From Octopus vulgaris (taxonomy: Eukaryota): a stretch of DNA of 64,000 bases. Location: the NCBI GenBank assembly GCA_951406725.2, contig OX597819.1, positions 114,018,001-114,082,000 on the forward strand, in the 5' to 3' direction. The notes beneath the pieces are model-generated. The model did no database searches and was not told the DNA's origin. It saw only the letters and a list, made by a program, of their open reading frames with translations. Position numbers and translations under genes: made by a program. Of the stretch, positions 12,985-26,478 are shown piece after piece (position 1 is the stretch's first letter; each line of letters starts with the position of its first letter).

Positions 12985-13074
12985 TTTTTCCCTGATGAGA
13001 AGCTTGCATTGTTTTACATAATTTTACTCCCTCTGGAATAATACCAATGTCTTCTTCGAAACATATGTTAGAAG
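12985..13074 (+). ncRNA. hammerhead ribozyme motif with long stem II (Penelope-type, decayed)
   Basis: ttccCTGATGAgaag...cattg...caatg...cttcGAAAcatatGTT; palindromic stem III catatg. Confidence 0.55.
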
Positions 13075-14221
13075 TATAAAGATTTGAATAACACCTGCGT
13101 TTAACTCCATTTCTTTATATATATATGTGTGTGTGTGTGTGCGTGTGTGTGTAACTCATGCCAGTATAGACAACAGACATTAAATGATGATGATATATAT
13201 ATATATCTTATACACCTTGTTTATATTGATGCACACATAAACACACACATATACACATAATTTAATAAGATTCATGTAAAAACAAAGCATGTAGTATGCT
13301 ATGCAAAGCTTGTCTACAGTCATTGGCTACCTAATGTCACCATACAGTGGAAATGCTTCTGCTACTGGGTATACATCAGGAATTCCATGATATTCATAGA
13401 TGAACAATAGCAAATGGATTGAATGATATTCTTTATATAAAACAATTACAACTGTTTTGACACATTTTCACATTCATAATACAGTGGTTACATGACATAA
13501 TTGTATAATTACTATCATCCATCAATGATATAAGATGAGCTTCTTCAGGCAATTTATTTAAAATAATCACCTGAAGAAGTGTATCTCATTCCAGTATCTA
13601 AGATAGGATATGAACCCTGGCATCTTGGCTAGTTATGGAGGCACATGGTGTAGTAGTTAGAGCAGCGGACTTGTGGTCGAGGAGATCACGGGTTCGAATC
13701 TCAGACCGGGTGATGTGTGAGTTTATGAGTGAAACACCTAAGCTTCACGCGGCTCTGGCAGAAGGTAATGGCAAACTTCTGCTGACTCTTTCGCCACAAC
13801 TTTCTCTCACTCTTTCCTCTTGCATCTTGCACAAAGGATAAGTCCTGGAGTTGATTTGCTCAACTAAAGATGGTGCTCCAGCATGGCCACAGTCAAAATG
13901 ACTGAAACAAGTAAAAGAATAAAAGATCTTGCCCAAGTGCTTAGTGACATTTCTTTTGTCTTCATGTTCTAAGTCCAAATTCAGCTGAGGTCAACTTTGC
14001 TTTTAATCCTTTGGATCAATAGAATAAGTACCAGTCAAACACTGGAGTCGATATAATAATCAATTAGCCCCTCAACCCCAAATTTCAGGCCTTGTGCCTA
14101 TAGTCAAAAAGGTTATTTTTGGGAAGAACATTTCCTTATCTTATAAACTCCAATTTAATTGTGACAAAGTTGTTTTATTAAATCCATTTAAATTCCTGGT
14201 TATTTTTTGAATTAATTGATA

Positions 14222-14525
14222 TACATCATGTGACCGACCAGGCTATCAGATGTTGCTACACATTGCTGGTCACAGTGCGCTTCGCATTGTTTTAGCCTTC
14301 AATGACGCCACCCCACTGGCTAAGCGAGCAGGCCAAGAGACAGAAGAAAGAGTGAGAGAGAGTTTTAGTGAAAGAGTACAACAGGGATCACCACCACCCG
14401 CTGCCAGAGCCTCGTGGGGCTTTAGGTGTTTTCGCTCAATAAACACAACACCTAGTCTGGGATTCGAAACTGCGATCCTACGACCGCGAGTCCGCTGCCC
14501 TAACCACTGGGCCATTGTGCCTCCG
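14222..14525 (-). mobile_element. tRNA-derived SINE, family B variant
   Basis: Head ggaggcacaatggcccagtggttagggc...gtttcgaatccc with A and B boxes. Confidence 0.85.
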
Positions 14526-14850
14526 ATATACATAAGCAATGTATTTCATTAGAAATATGGCTACTATGAAGAAAATCAACAGAGATTGTGAGAAGTAATA
14601 TTGTAGGGTTTCCATTGTGTGCTCAAAGGGAGTGTGTAGTACAATATTTCTGTTTTAGTTATTATTTGACCTCATATCAGTCATGATCCAGAAGATCTAG
14701 AATCAAAGCCATCCTTGCCAATAACATCTCATTTTTTATTTTTTAGGCATAGTTTATTTAGAAATACATTATCTGTGTCTTAATTTTCTTCTTAAAACAA
14801 ATAATATGTGATATGATTTGGGTTGCTATTTGTTGCAGATTAAGTAACCA

Positions 14851-15265
14851 TGTTGTTGGCACCCTTTTGTCTCGGGAGACAATGGAGTTGCGCATAAACT
14901 AATCCAGTCTGATTTTTATATTTCATGTCCTCTCCAGTTTTGCGCAGGCCTGGGCTAGATGTAAGAAAATCCTGGGTAGCCCAATCACCAGGATTCCTCT
15001 CTTGACCTTGCTGACGTAGTCCAAAGGAGTGCAGAGCATTACGTTTGGCACCAGCTTGGTTGCAGGAGCTGCCAGAAGAGTGTCAAGTTGAACACTAAAC
15101 CACCTACAGGGCTCCACTCCGGATTTCTTTGAAGGTTGTCTCCTTTCCGTAACCCTGGATAGGGGCCCATACCAGGTACTGTCAGCCAGAGCCAGCTGAG
15201 CCCGCGACTCATGTCAGACAGGGTCATCATTGCCTGAAGTAGTGAAGAAAATCACTACCCACTAC
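14851..15265 (-). mobile_element. RTE-derived composite SINE with (CAA)n tail
   Basis: Contains gtccaaagg...gtttggcaccagcttggttgcaggagctgcc, recalled as an RTE 5'-UTR-like core; caacaaca tail; head shared with the LINE 5' end at 24518-24620. Confidence 0.5.
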
Positions 15266-15549
15266 TCACCATGTGATAAGTACTTATTTGGCTCATACAG
15301 AGATTCTCATATTTGCTTGTGCAAAATATTTTCTTTGATATCTATTGTCAATGTGTTTTGGTGCTGTTGAAAAAGATTCATTCTTTTGTCCTTGTTGGAA
15401 GATGGTTTATGAGGTAGAAGTACATAGAGTTTCATATATAAGAAAGTGTTATCATGTGGTAATTTAGGCTACTCTAACCCATACTCATAGAATAAACCCA
15501 CAGTGTTACATAATTCTGGACAATGCATCTATAATATCTTATATGAATT

Positions 15550-15770
15550 AATGAGAGAGGCTCTACAGAGCTGGTGAGGGAGACTATGTAAGTTAACTAT
15601 ATAAGGGAGATTCTATATGATGATTAGAGAGCCTCTACTGAGCTAATGGGTGAGTCTCTACTGAGCTAATACAGGAACCTTTATTGAACCAATGTGGGAG
15701 TTGCAAGTGTGGTAACAATGGAGCCATTATCAAACTAATGAGCCTCTACTGGCTTTATGAAGGAGTTGTT
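15550..15770. repeat. degenerate ~23-bp minisatellite (gagcctctactgagctaatg...)
   Basis: Several diverged tandem units. Confidence 0.55.
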
Positions 15771-15773
15771 ATG

Positions 15774-15885
15774 TGAGGGAGATTTCACTGTAAGTTCTAG
15801 CAAGTCTAATGACCATATAGAGGCTCCCTCATAAGCCTCTATGTGGTCATTAGACTTGCTAGATCTTACAGTGGAATCTCTCTCA
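15774..15885. repeat. near-perfect inverted repeat (52-bp arms, 8-nt loop)
   Basis: 4 mismatches between the arms. Confidence 0.95.
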
Positions 15886-16029
15886 GATCTTAAAAGGGTA
15901 AATTAGATAATGAAGTCCCAGATACACAGTACTTGAAAATAAACCTTTTAATCATTGATCTGCTTGATCAGGGCTGGTCTGGGGTGGGGTGGGTAGGGGT
16001 AGGGTGGGGGGGGGCCTAAATAACATCTT

Positions 16030-18642
16030 ATACATTCCAAGGAATTGCCAATCAAATCATCACTACAGACTTTGATAATTAAACAAGCCTTATTGACATT
16101 TCTAATTAAACTATCATCACAAACATTGCTAATTATATCATCAATGTTGAGACATTGCTAATTAAACCATCACTATTGACACTGCTAATGAAATAATCAA
16201 TATAGATATTGATACTTAAAACCACAACTAGCTAATCAAACCATCAATATACATCAACACAACTATTGCTAATTAAACCACCACTGTAAACATAGCAAAT
16301 TAACCCATTGCTACAGACAATACCAATCAAACCATCACTACAAATATTGCTAATTAAACACTTACTACTGACATGTCAACTAAAACATCACTTGTGACAT
16401 TGCTGATTTAACCATCACAAACATTTCATATCAAACCATCACTGTAGACAATGCTAATGGTAATATTCTTTTCTACTCTAGGCACAAGGCCTGAAATTTT
16501 TGGGGAGGGGGGGCCAGTTAATTAGATCAACCCCAGTACACAACTGGTACCTAATTTATCGACCCCAAAAGGATGAAAGGCAAAGTTGACCTCAGTGGAA
16601 TTTGAACTCAGAACGTAAAGACAGACGAAATACCTATTTCTTTACTAGTCACAAGGGGCTAAACACAGAGGAGACAAACAAGGACAGACAAACGGATTAA
16701 GTCGATTACATCGACCCCAGTGCGTAACTGGTACTTAATTTATCGACCCCGAAAGGATGAAAGGCAAAGTTGACCTCGGCGGAATTTGAACTCAGAACAT
16801 AAAGACAGACGAAATACTGCTAAGCATTTTTCCCAGTGTGCTAACATTTCTGCCAGCTCGCTGCCTTAATGCTAATGGTGATATTGTTACACTACAGGTG
16901 TTGCTAATTAAGCCATCTCAGGAATAGCTAATTAAACTATCTCTACAGGCATTGCCAATTAAATCATTACTACAGATATTACTAATTGATCCATCACAAC
17001 TGACTTTGCTAATTAAATCATCAATGCAGATACTGACACATAAATCATCACTACTTACATTGATAATTAAACCATCACTGCTAACATTGCTAATTAAATC
17101 ATTAGTATATATATATTAATTTGACCTCTATTACAGACTTTGCTAATTACACCTTCACAAGAGGTGTTGCTAATTAAACTATCACTTTGGCCATACTAGT
17201 AAAATCACAGCACTCATACCTATTTACACAATAACAGAAACTGCAAATTAAACCATCGTTACTAACATTATTAATTAAACAATCCCTACTGATGTTGTTA
17301 ACTAAAACAACAATAGTGACATTGCTAATTACTATAGACATTGCTAATTGAAGCATCACTACATTACAGACTTTGCTAATTATAAACTAATTAAACTCTT
17401 GTTAGAAGCATTATTTATTAAATCATCACTTCTGACATTGCTAATTAAATTCTTACTGTTGACATTGCAACTTACTATTGACATCACAGACATCTGTAAT
17501 TAAACCATCATTTGTAATTAAACCATCATAGACATTGGTAATTAAATCATCACAGATATTGATAATTAAACCATCACTTCTGACGTTGCTAACAAAATCA
17601 TTGATGCTCATGAAATGATCCCTGCAGGATTTGTTAATTGAACCATCAATTCTGACATTGCTAATTAAACCATCACAACAGACATTGCTAACTAAATCGG
17701 CATCTCTGACATTTCTAATTAAACAATCATAACTGACAATGCTAAACACAAACATTCTTAATTAAAACATTACTATACTCATTGCTAATTTAACCACACT
17801 TGACATCTATAATAATAAAAGCAAGATTCTGTCTGTCCATCTTGAACCCCTGTATTGCAGTCTACATTTGCTCAACATAGACATATTATACCTTTATGGA
17901 ATCAGGATGATCCTGGGATTGAAAATCTGCCCTTCATTTGATTCTTGAACATTCAGCATTAGGATCTGATTTAAAAGCACTTGGGTTGCTATTTCTAGCA
18001 GGTAAAGCTTGGCTGATTCATGCCATCATGATTGGCATTTGTCAGATGACATCAGACATCAAGGGAGAAACAAATGACATTTGCTTTGTTAATTATACAT
18101 TGGGATAAGAACTTTGGGACAAATTGGCCAACAGTTGGAATTCAACTTGGGACTGGAACAATAGAATGGTTGCAATCCAGAATGAATTTTCATCTGTCCT
18201 TAACCTCTGATCACACCACTGGGGCATATAATCATTATGGACGTATTATAGTCATGCTATTTAGCTCTCTTTAGTTTGGGGCCGCAGGCCCAATTAGCCC
18301 TCCGCAGGAGCTAGAATAAAAGTCCACAGGGATTGTGGCTTTTAAGTGAGTTTATAATAAAGCCATCACTACTGATGTTGCTAATTATACCTTTACTACA
18401 GACATTGCTAATTAATCATCCACTATTGATGACTTATTAAGCCATCACTATTGATATTGTCAAACTAACCATTACACACATTGACAATTAAACTGTCATT
18501 GAATCTATTGCTAATTAGACCATCACTTGAGATTTTGCTAATCAGACCATCACTTCAGATATTGCGATTTAAGCAATTATTATTGACATTATTAATTAAC
18601 CTATCACTGCAGACATTACTAATTAGGTCATCACTACTGACA
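16030..18642. repeat. ~27-bp degenerate minisatellite (acagacattgctaattaaaccatcact), interrupted by SINE C and other inserts
   Basis: Dozens of diverged tandem units; the array resumes at 24621-24830. Confidence 0.9.
16465..16868 (-). mobile_element. SINE family C with internal repeat
   Basis: Family match; flanked by aatgctaatggt duplication. Confidence 0.85.
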
Positions 18643-18772
18643 TTTTTTTTTTATTGGAAGTTATTCCCAAGAAGGTAACAAATAATCAGTAATAAAGCAA
18701 ACTGCTTGTAACCATCTTAGTCGTTGGAAGTTATAAAAGGAAAGGAAAAAACTTAATGAAAGATTGTCTTAA

Positions 18773-18992
18773 TCCTTTCATTACCAACCCGGCCAAAACC
18801 GGCTCTGGCTCTGAGTTCAAATGTCTTATTTTCATAAGTTTTGAATTAAAATCTTCCACCAAACCTTAGTCACAATTTATGTTCCTAAGACTAGCTGAAT
18901 GATAACTAAGTTATTTTACTAAATTTTTTGTTATATTTAAAGTAATTGAAAGAAACGCAAAGTATCTCAAAATAAATACAGTAATGAAAGGG
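18773..18992. mobile_element. piggyBac-type MITE
   Basis: TTAA flank, TIR cctttcattac/gtaatgaaagg; same family as 26262-26478. Confidence 0.8.
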
Positions 18993-19662
18993 CTAAAGAT
19001 CATAAGATGATCAGCACATGATTTAAAGATTAAGAATAGATTTATCAAGAAAACACGAAGAAGAGAAGTTCATAAGAGAAATGTTTGAGGACAGAAATTA
19101 CTAGAATAGAAACTCTATTTATAAGAGGGGACAACATCAGTTAAAAGATAAGAATTATTGGAAAGGTGAATCACTTGATTAAGAGGAACAACAGAAGGAA
19201 GTTGACAGAGCAGTGAACATGGAAGTACTTAAAGAATAGAGATAAAATCCTTTCTACTAAAGGCACAAGGCCTGAAATTTTGGGGGTGAGGGGACTAGTC
19301 GATTACATTGACCACAGTACTTGACTGGTATTTTATTTATCAACCCCCAAAAGGATGAAAGGCAAAGTTGATCTCGGTGGAATTTGAACTCAAAACGTAG
19401 TGACATGTGAAATACTGCTAAGTATTTTGTCCAGTGTGCTAATGATTCTGCCAGCTTGCCACCTTAAAGAATAGCAGCATCATGGTTAGGGCTGGATTGA
19501 GACCTATAGAGGCCCTAAGCACTTGAAAGGCTTTGGTGTCCCCATATATATGTAATTCAAAATATAAATAATAATAAACATGAAATAATTTTCTATTTTT
19601 CAAAATGAAACAAAACTAACAATAAGATGGAAAATAATGTTTATCTTTGTATATTTTTTTTT

Positions 19663-19950
19663 TGTTCCTTCTCAAGCCATCCCTGGCTCATTATGGCCAG
19701 TTTCCCAGTTTCCTTGGCGTATAGGTTCCCCACCTGGATGGGATACCGGTCCATCGCAAGTGAGCTGCAAGATGCAGGAAGAAAGAGTGAGAGAAAGAGT
19801 CAGTAGAAGTTCACCATTACCTTCTGCCGGAGTCATGTGGAGCTTAGGTGTTTCGCTCATAAACACACACATTGCTCGGTCTGAGATTTGAACCCATGAT
19901 CCCTTGACTGCAAGTCCGCTGCCCTAACCACTAGGCCATGTGTCTCCACT
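19663..19950 (-). mobile_element. tRNA-derived SINE family B
   Basis: Family match with 38310 and 56171. Confidence 0.85.
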
Positions 19951-21947
19951 ATGTATGTATAGTGGAGGCATAATTTATATTTGAAAAGTTTTCTCCTCCT
20001 TTTTTTAATTGCAAAGTCTATGATCAAATCCTCAAAATTGATCTTACATAAAACATCTGCTTCTATACTTCATAGAGATAAGGCATCCTGAATATTATTT
20101 TAGCAAGTTTAAAGTGATTTCTTTGGTGTTGTAAACCATTTATCATTTCTGTGGTGCCCTAAACACGTGTTTATTTGCTTAATGGTTAATATGGTACCGG
20201 TCCTGGTGTTGAGAGAGAGGTTTAGCAGCTGATACATTAGAAACTCAATTTTTGAAAGAACACCAACAGATACCAACCTAAATGTGACAATAGTATTCTA
20301 TGCAGGGGTGAACAAAAGACTTATAAAGATGAAGAGGATCATTAGCGATGAGTTTAATATTAAGGACCAGGTTTCATAGCAGCTAATTTAGCAATAGATT
20401 TGTTATAACCATTCAAAGTAAGATCTTTAGAAAAAATTAAACCTAAAAATATGAAAACTAGAAAACTTGGGAAGAACAGTATCAAGCTTAGCAATATCAT
20501 CAAAGTTCCTTAAGTGATTATTGGGAATTACTTTTTGCATCATTGAAAGTAACCACCACTGAACACCATCATTCAATCACTGAATGCAGGTTAAACTCAA
20601 GGGAACCAGCAACTTCCATATAATCAAACAAATTAAACTCTTCATGACTGGCCCCTGTGCCGATGGCATGTAAAAAGCACCCACTACACTCTCGGAGTGG
20701 TTGGCATTAGGAAGGGCATCCTGCTGTAGAAACTCTGCCAGATCAAGATTGGAGCCTGGTGCAGCCATTTGGTTCACCAGCCCTCAGTCAAAATCATCCA
20801 ACCCATGCTATCATGGAAAGTGGATGTTAAACGATGATGATCATCATCATGATGGAAGCAAAAGTACAACAATGTGCCATCAGCAAAGATGGCAAGGTTA
20901 ACCATTATATCACCTGAAAAGTCATTAAAGAAAACTAAAATGAGATCAGACAAGGATAGAACCTTGAAGAACACCCGATAAGATGGAGTACATAGGAAAA
21001 TGATGGCCATGTAAAATAACTTTAATGCTACATTCATCCAGAAAAGATTCAAGAGTGGTAAGTAGCTTGCTTACCAACCACATGGTCCCGGGTTCAGTCC
21101 CACTGTGTGGCACCTTGGGCAAGTGTCTTCTACTATAGCCTCAGCCTTGTGAGTGTATTTGGTAGACAGAAACTGGAAGAAGCCTGTCGTAGTGTGTGAG
21201 TACTTGTTGTCTGTGTTTGTCCTCCCAACATCACTTGACAACCGATGGTGGTGTGTTTACATCCCCGTAACTTAGCAGTTTGGCAAAAGAGAGCGATAGA
21301 ATAAGTACTAGGCTTACAAAGAATAAGCTCTGGGGTTGATTTGCTCAACTAAAGGCGGTACTCCAGCATGGCCACAGTCAAATGACTGAAACAAGTAAAA
21401 AAAGAAAAAAGAGAGAGATACTTGCAGACATTCCATGTTACTTAAGCTAATGGAGAAAGCCACATGTAAAACCCTGTTAAATGCTTTCAATATATCAAAA
21501 ACAATACTTACCCAGCCACAATTATCTAAAGTACAGTAGATTAATTCTCTAATTAAAGTCAGAAGATCAACACTAGAGCACAAAATATGGAAACTATAAC
21601 AATAAAGCAATTTGAGCGATTCAAGGTTCAAAACAAGAATCTGATTGATCAAAGGCGCTAAGAGCTTGTTAGCCACAGGAAGAAGCCTGATTAAGCAATA
21701 GTTACTTATTTCTTTATTGCCCACAAGGGGCTAAACACAGAGGGGACAAACAAGGACAGACAAACGGATTAAGTCAATTACATCGACCCCAGTGCATAAC
21801 TGGTACTTAATTTATCGACCCCGAAAGGATGAAAGGCAAAGTCCACCTCGGCAGAATTTGAACTCAGAACGTAATGGCAGATGAAATACCGCTAAGCATT
21901 TCGCCTGGCGTGCTAACATCTCTGCCAGCTCACCGCAATAGTTAAGC

Positions 21948-22148
21948 CAGTGCTTTTCAAACTTTTTGCTGGAGTGGAACCCCAAGGAAACATTCCACTG
22001 GCTCGAGGAACCCCTGAGCAATAATTTAATAGTCTTATGCACACATATCTGCACAGGAGAATTAAAAATTACTGCCGATTTTAGCAGTTTTGTAACTTCT
22101 TGCGGAACCCCTGGACTGTACTGGCGGAACCCTAGTTGAAAACCACTG
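21948..22148. mobile_element. hAT MITE
   Basis: TIR CAGTG..TTTCAA; exact 8-bp TSD agttaagc. Confidence 0.9.
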
Positions 22149-24620
22149 AGTTAAGCAATAGTTACTAGAATCAGAATATTCACACCAAAGATTTTGAAAA
22201 TAGAAACCTTTTTGCAGAACTTTTTAGCCAATGACAAAAATCACTTATCTTTTTAAAGAGCTATCTCCATGACACATACAGAAAAACTAATTCCTATGAA
22301 TAATAACAGAGGCAAAGTAGGTGAAAAAATGAGAAGAGGAATGTGGATTAAAAAAGCATTATCTATAAAATTTGAAAGCGTCAATACCAGTCTTAATTTA
22401 AGATACTATTTCAGATGTACAAACATTAGTAAGAAGAAAAAAAAATTTCTTTTTTGTTCATGCATCTAACTGACGTTTGTACATCTATGAAGAGAATCTT
22501 GAAAAGAATCTCAGTCACTTTGTTGATAGTTATAAGAGTTGTGATAGGCTGGAGAATCACTGCTAAGAGTAGTGTTAAGAGATATATTCAGAGTTACCAA
22601 AAGAAGCATGCGAGTATAAAACATGAGATAAAGATCAAGGAGAGGAAAATCATGTTAGCGAACTGGATAACATATAGGAAGGTTGACAATCTGAGAACGA
22701 GATTGAGACAGAAAGGAACTAAAGATTTATGTCCAGCAGAATCAGGGTTTTTAGAATGATGAGTTTTAAAATCACCAAAGACTGGAATATTTATTGAAGG
22801 ATAGCAAGATGGAACTTGGTTAATTTTGTTGGGTACAATATCATTAACAGTGCAGTCTTAAGAGGATGGAGAACAATAAAGGAAGAAAAGAGGAGTGTTA
22901 AAAAATAAAAGGGCTAATTAAAAAACAGATGAAGGTGTTGTCATAAACCGAAAGATTAATGTGAACATAGACACATCATCATCATCATCATAATTGTTTA
23001 ACATCCGCTTTCCATGCTGGCATGAGTTGGACAATTTGAATGGGGATGGCAAACCAGATGGCTGCACCAGGCTCCAATCTGATCTGGCAGAGTTTCTACA
23101 GCTGGATGCCCTTCCTAACGCCAACCACTCCAAGAGTGTAAAGGGTGCTTTTACGTGCCACCAGCACAAGGGCCAGTCAGGTGGAACTGGCAACGGCCAC
23201 ATTCAAATGGTGTTTTTTATGTGCCTCCTGCAATGATCTCGCTTGAATGTTTTTTCACATGCCAGTAAGGTGACACTGGTAACGATCACACTCGAATGGT
23301 GCTTTTTATGTGCCATCGGCACAGGAGCCAGTTAGCTGCTCTGGCAACGATCACGCTCGGATGGTACTCTTAGCGCTCCACTAGCATGGTTGCCAGTCAT
23401 CGAATTTGATTTCAAAAAACCCTTTTGTATGATGGATAGAGTGTTTCGTAATGAAGAGGGAAGTAACAACTGATGAAGAAAGTGAAACTAGAAATATCAG
23501 GTTTCAAGTTAGTTTTACCCAGAGTAAAGAGGCCAAGAATGTTTTATTGGAGGAAAATTTGAATAAAAGAATTACAATAAAGACCTCAAGTAATAGTGAA
23601 AGTCAAAGTAATAGGTCTGGTGGGTGTATGTGGCTTTTCTTTTCTATGAGTAAATGGAACCATTTCATATATAGTATAATCAAGATAAAAGATTTCTAGG
23701 TCATTCCTCAAACCATTAAAAGAAATAAATGAAGCTAGTTGGAAGCTATCATACTAAGGAAGTAATGTGGTAACAAATGGCTCTTGATGTGACCTTATGT
23801 TTGTTTATCAAATATCTTTATAAGGAAGCTCTCCATAGCACTACAAATACTCTGATATTTATATCAGTTAAGGCAGTAAGCTGGCAGAATCACTAGTACA
23901 TCAGGCAAAATGCTTAGCAGTATTTTGTCTTCATGTACTGAGTTCAAATTCTACAGTCAACTTTGTCTTTCATCCTTTTAGGGTTGATAGAATAAATACC
24001 AGTCAATACTGGGGCTGATGTAATCAACTTACCCTTTCCCCAAAGTTGCAGGCCTTGTGCCAAAATTTGAAACCAATATTTATACTTGATGGAGTAACCT
24101 CTTTGTGTTAAATGAATGTTTAGACTATTTATAACCAATTGGACTCAGAATCAAGAATTGAGGTTAGACTTTTACATTCAACAAGAAATGGTACAGAAAC
24201 ACAGTTGACATAAAAACCTCAATCTGTGTAGAAAGGTTTGGGAGTACAAGTTAATAGAAACCAGTGTACAACATCCTTGACAAGAAACAATGCTTAAGGT
24301 ATCTGTATCCATCAAAAAGATGAGAAAGAGGTAGAAGACTGGACAACTCTAAACAGTTTAGGATTACTGAAAAACCAATGCTTTTATTGTGATATCAACA
24401 CTAGATCAGTTGTCAAGTAAGGTTGAAGAAGAACCTTTTCCTCTTAATATACAACTTACTCCTTCTGGATACCAAACAGGAATCTCAAAGTTGAGAGGAA
24501 ATTCATAGCCAGAATCAGGAGTCTATTCCAGATACTGTCAGCCAGAACCAGCTGAATCTGGAATTATGTAAGGCAGGGTCCTAATGCCCTGGCGTAATGA
24601 ATGTGGTCAATATTTACTAC

Positions 24621-24830
24621 ATTGTTACAGAAACCACCATTACAGATATTTCTAATTAAACCATCACTCCTAACATTACTAATTAAACTATCACTACTGA
24701 TATTTCTAATTAAACCATCACTGCAGACATTGCTAATTAAACTATTATTACAGAGATCACAAATAAAATCATCACTGAAGATATTGTAAATTAAAACACC
24801 ACTTTAGACATTATTAATCAACTCACCAGT
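24621..24830. repeat. continuation of the 27-bp minisatellite
   Basis: Same unit as 16030-18642. Confidence 0.85.
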
Positions 24831-25094
24831 AGAGACAAATGTTTCCCAAAATAAGTTTGGAGGACAACCGGGGCTCTACAAGAAAATTGTGGGGTTATGT
24901 AGAATAAATTGTGATTCACTAAAATTTAAGAAAAATATATTTTATTAAATAATGGTGCTCACCATTTTCTGTGTTCTAGTTTGAGGACACAGTATTGATT
25001 TATTTAGAGCCAGCATTGAAAATTACAATGTTCCAAATATGAATATGAATATTTAAACAATGCAATCAAAGATAGAAAGGTAAGTAACGGGTGT

Positions 25095-25135
25095 ATATGC
25101 TTATTTCAGGAGCTATTGCTCCTTCTTCAATGCCA
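25095..25135 (-). ncRNA. decayed hammerhead-like motif
   Basis: tTGAAGA aggagc-aata-gctcct GAAA; first core C mutated. Confidence 0.4.
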
Positions 25136-25431
25136 CAGCCAACCAATACTGGCCCTAAATTCTATAGAAAATCTGTTGAGATACACTTAGAAAGTAGTAT
25201 ATATATATGTATATATATGGAAAGCGGACGCTAAATGATGATGATGATGATATATATATGCATACACACATATATATAAATATGTATGTGTATATTATCT
25301 GAAACGTACAGTATTATATAACAATAAACATCGCCCTTTTCAAGCCCAAAATGCCAGATGATGGTATTGAACTGGGTGACTGATTAAGTCTATCACACAT
25401 GTATGTGTATGTATGTAATACAATACTGAAT

Positions 25432-25808
25432 GTGGAGGCACAATGGCCTAGTGTTTAGGGTAGTGGATTCGCAGTCAAAGGATCATGGTTTCGATTCCCA
25501 GACTGGACGTTGTGAGTGTTCATTGAGTGAAAATACATAAAGCTCCATGAGGCTCCGGCAGGGGGTGGTGGTGAACCCTGCAGTATTCTTTCACCACAAC
25601 TTTCTCTCACTCTTTCTTCTTGTTTCTGTTGTACCTGTATTTCAAAGGGCCAGCCTTGTCACACTCTGTGTCATGCTGAATCTCCCCAAGAACTACATTA
25701 AGGGTACACATGTCTGTGGAGTGCTCAGCCACTTGTATGTTAATTTCACAAGCAGGCTGCTCCGTTCAACTGGAACCTTCATCATTGTAACCGACTGAGT
25801 GCCACAAT
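25432..25808 (+). mobile_element. tRNA-derived SINE, family B variant
   Basis: gtggaggcacaatggcctagtg...gtttcgattccc head. Confidence 0.8.
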
Positions 25809-26261
25809 ATTGAGTAAATATTGCTGCTAAGCCCTTATTTAGTAAACTTAGGATCAAGTATATTCCCACCATGACCATCCTATCTTTTATGCAAACAAAA
25901 TGTATCTAGGACTACATTAGCCAATATCAACTTCCTTTCTTCAGATGGTAATGTGTGATTCAAGAGTAGTTTAGCTGTTCTTTCTTGCAGGTGGAGCGAC
26001 CACATTGAAGTGCCTTTATGTTGGAATTTGAACTCCCATGCTAATTGTTTAGTCATCTACCAAGTTGTCTATTCAAGCTTTCACTGTCTGAAATTTCTTC
26101 CAATAACAAGAGAGAGGAATACTACTTCCCCTATTTCTGCTGTTTGGATGGCAGCCATACTAGGGAATTGTCTTCAACAGATTCCAGACGATTTTGTTAA
26201 CCCCAACACATAATTCTTTTGTTACCATATTTCTGCTGAAAGGCACTGCTATTCTTATTAA

Positions 26262-26478
26262 CCCTTTCGTTACCAAACCGGCTGAAACTGACTCAGGCTC
26301 TGAGTACAAATGTCTTGTTTTCATAAGTTTTGAATTAAAATCTTCCACCAAACCTTAGTCACAATTTATGTTCCTAAAACTAGCTTAATGATAACTAAGT
26401 TATTTTACTAAATTCTTTGTTATTAAAGTAATTGAAAGAAACACAGAGCATCTCAAAATAAATACAGTAATGAAAGGG
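26262..26478. mobile_element. piggyBac-type MITE
   Basis: TTAA on both sides; TIR CCCTTTCGTTAC/GTAATGAAAGGG. Confidence 0.9.

Larger units (their letters stand above)
18643..24620 (-). mobile_element. decayed near-full-length CR1/L2-group LINE with nested insertions
   Basis: Poly(A) at 18643-18652; RT motifs SNYCLIRLLP, FDILKAFNRV (21314-21724) and IFADGT (~20880); probable endonuclease relic ~23.7-24.5 kb; many stops. Confidence 0.7.

Noticed and set aside
13535-13585. cttcttcagg...cctgaagaag hairpin containing CUGAAGA
   Set aside because: No stem II plus GAAA follows, so not a hammerhead
16030-18642. Regularly recurring ~27-bp motif resembling a CRISPR array
   Set aside because: Contiguous diverged tandem units with no unique spacers, no cas genes, eukaryotic context
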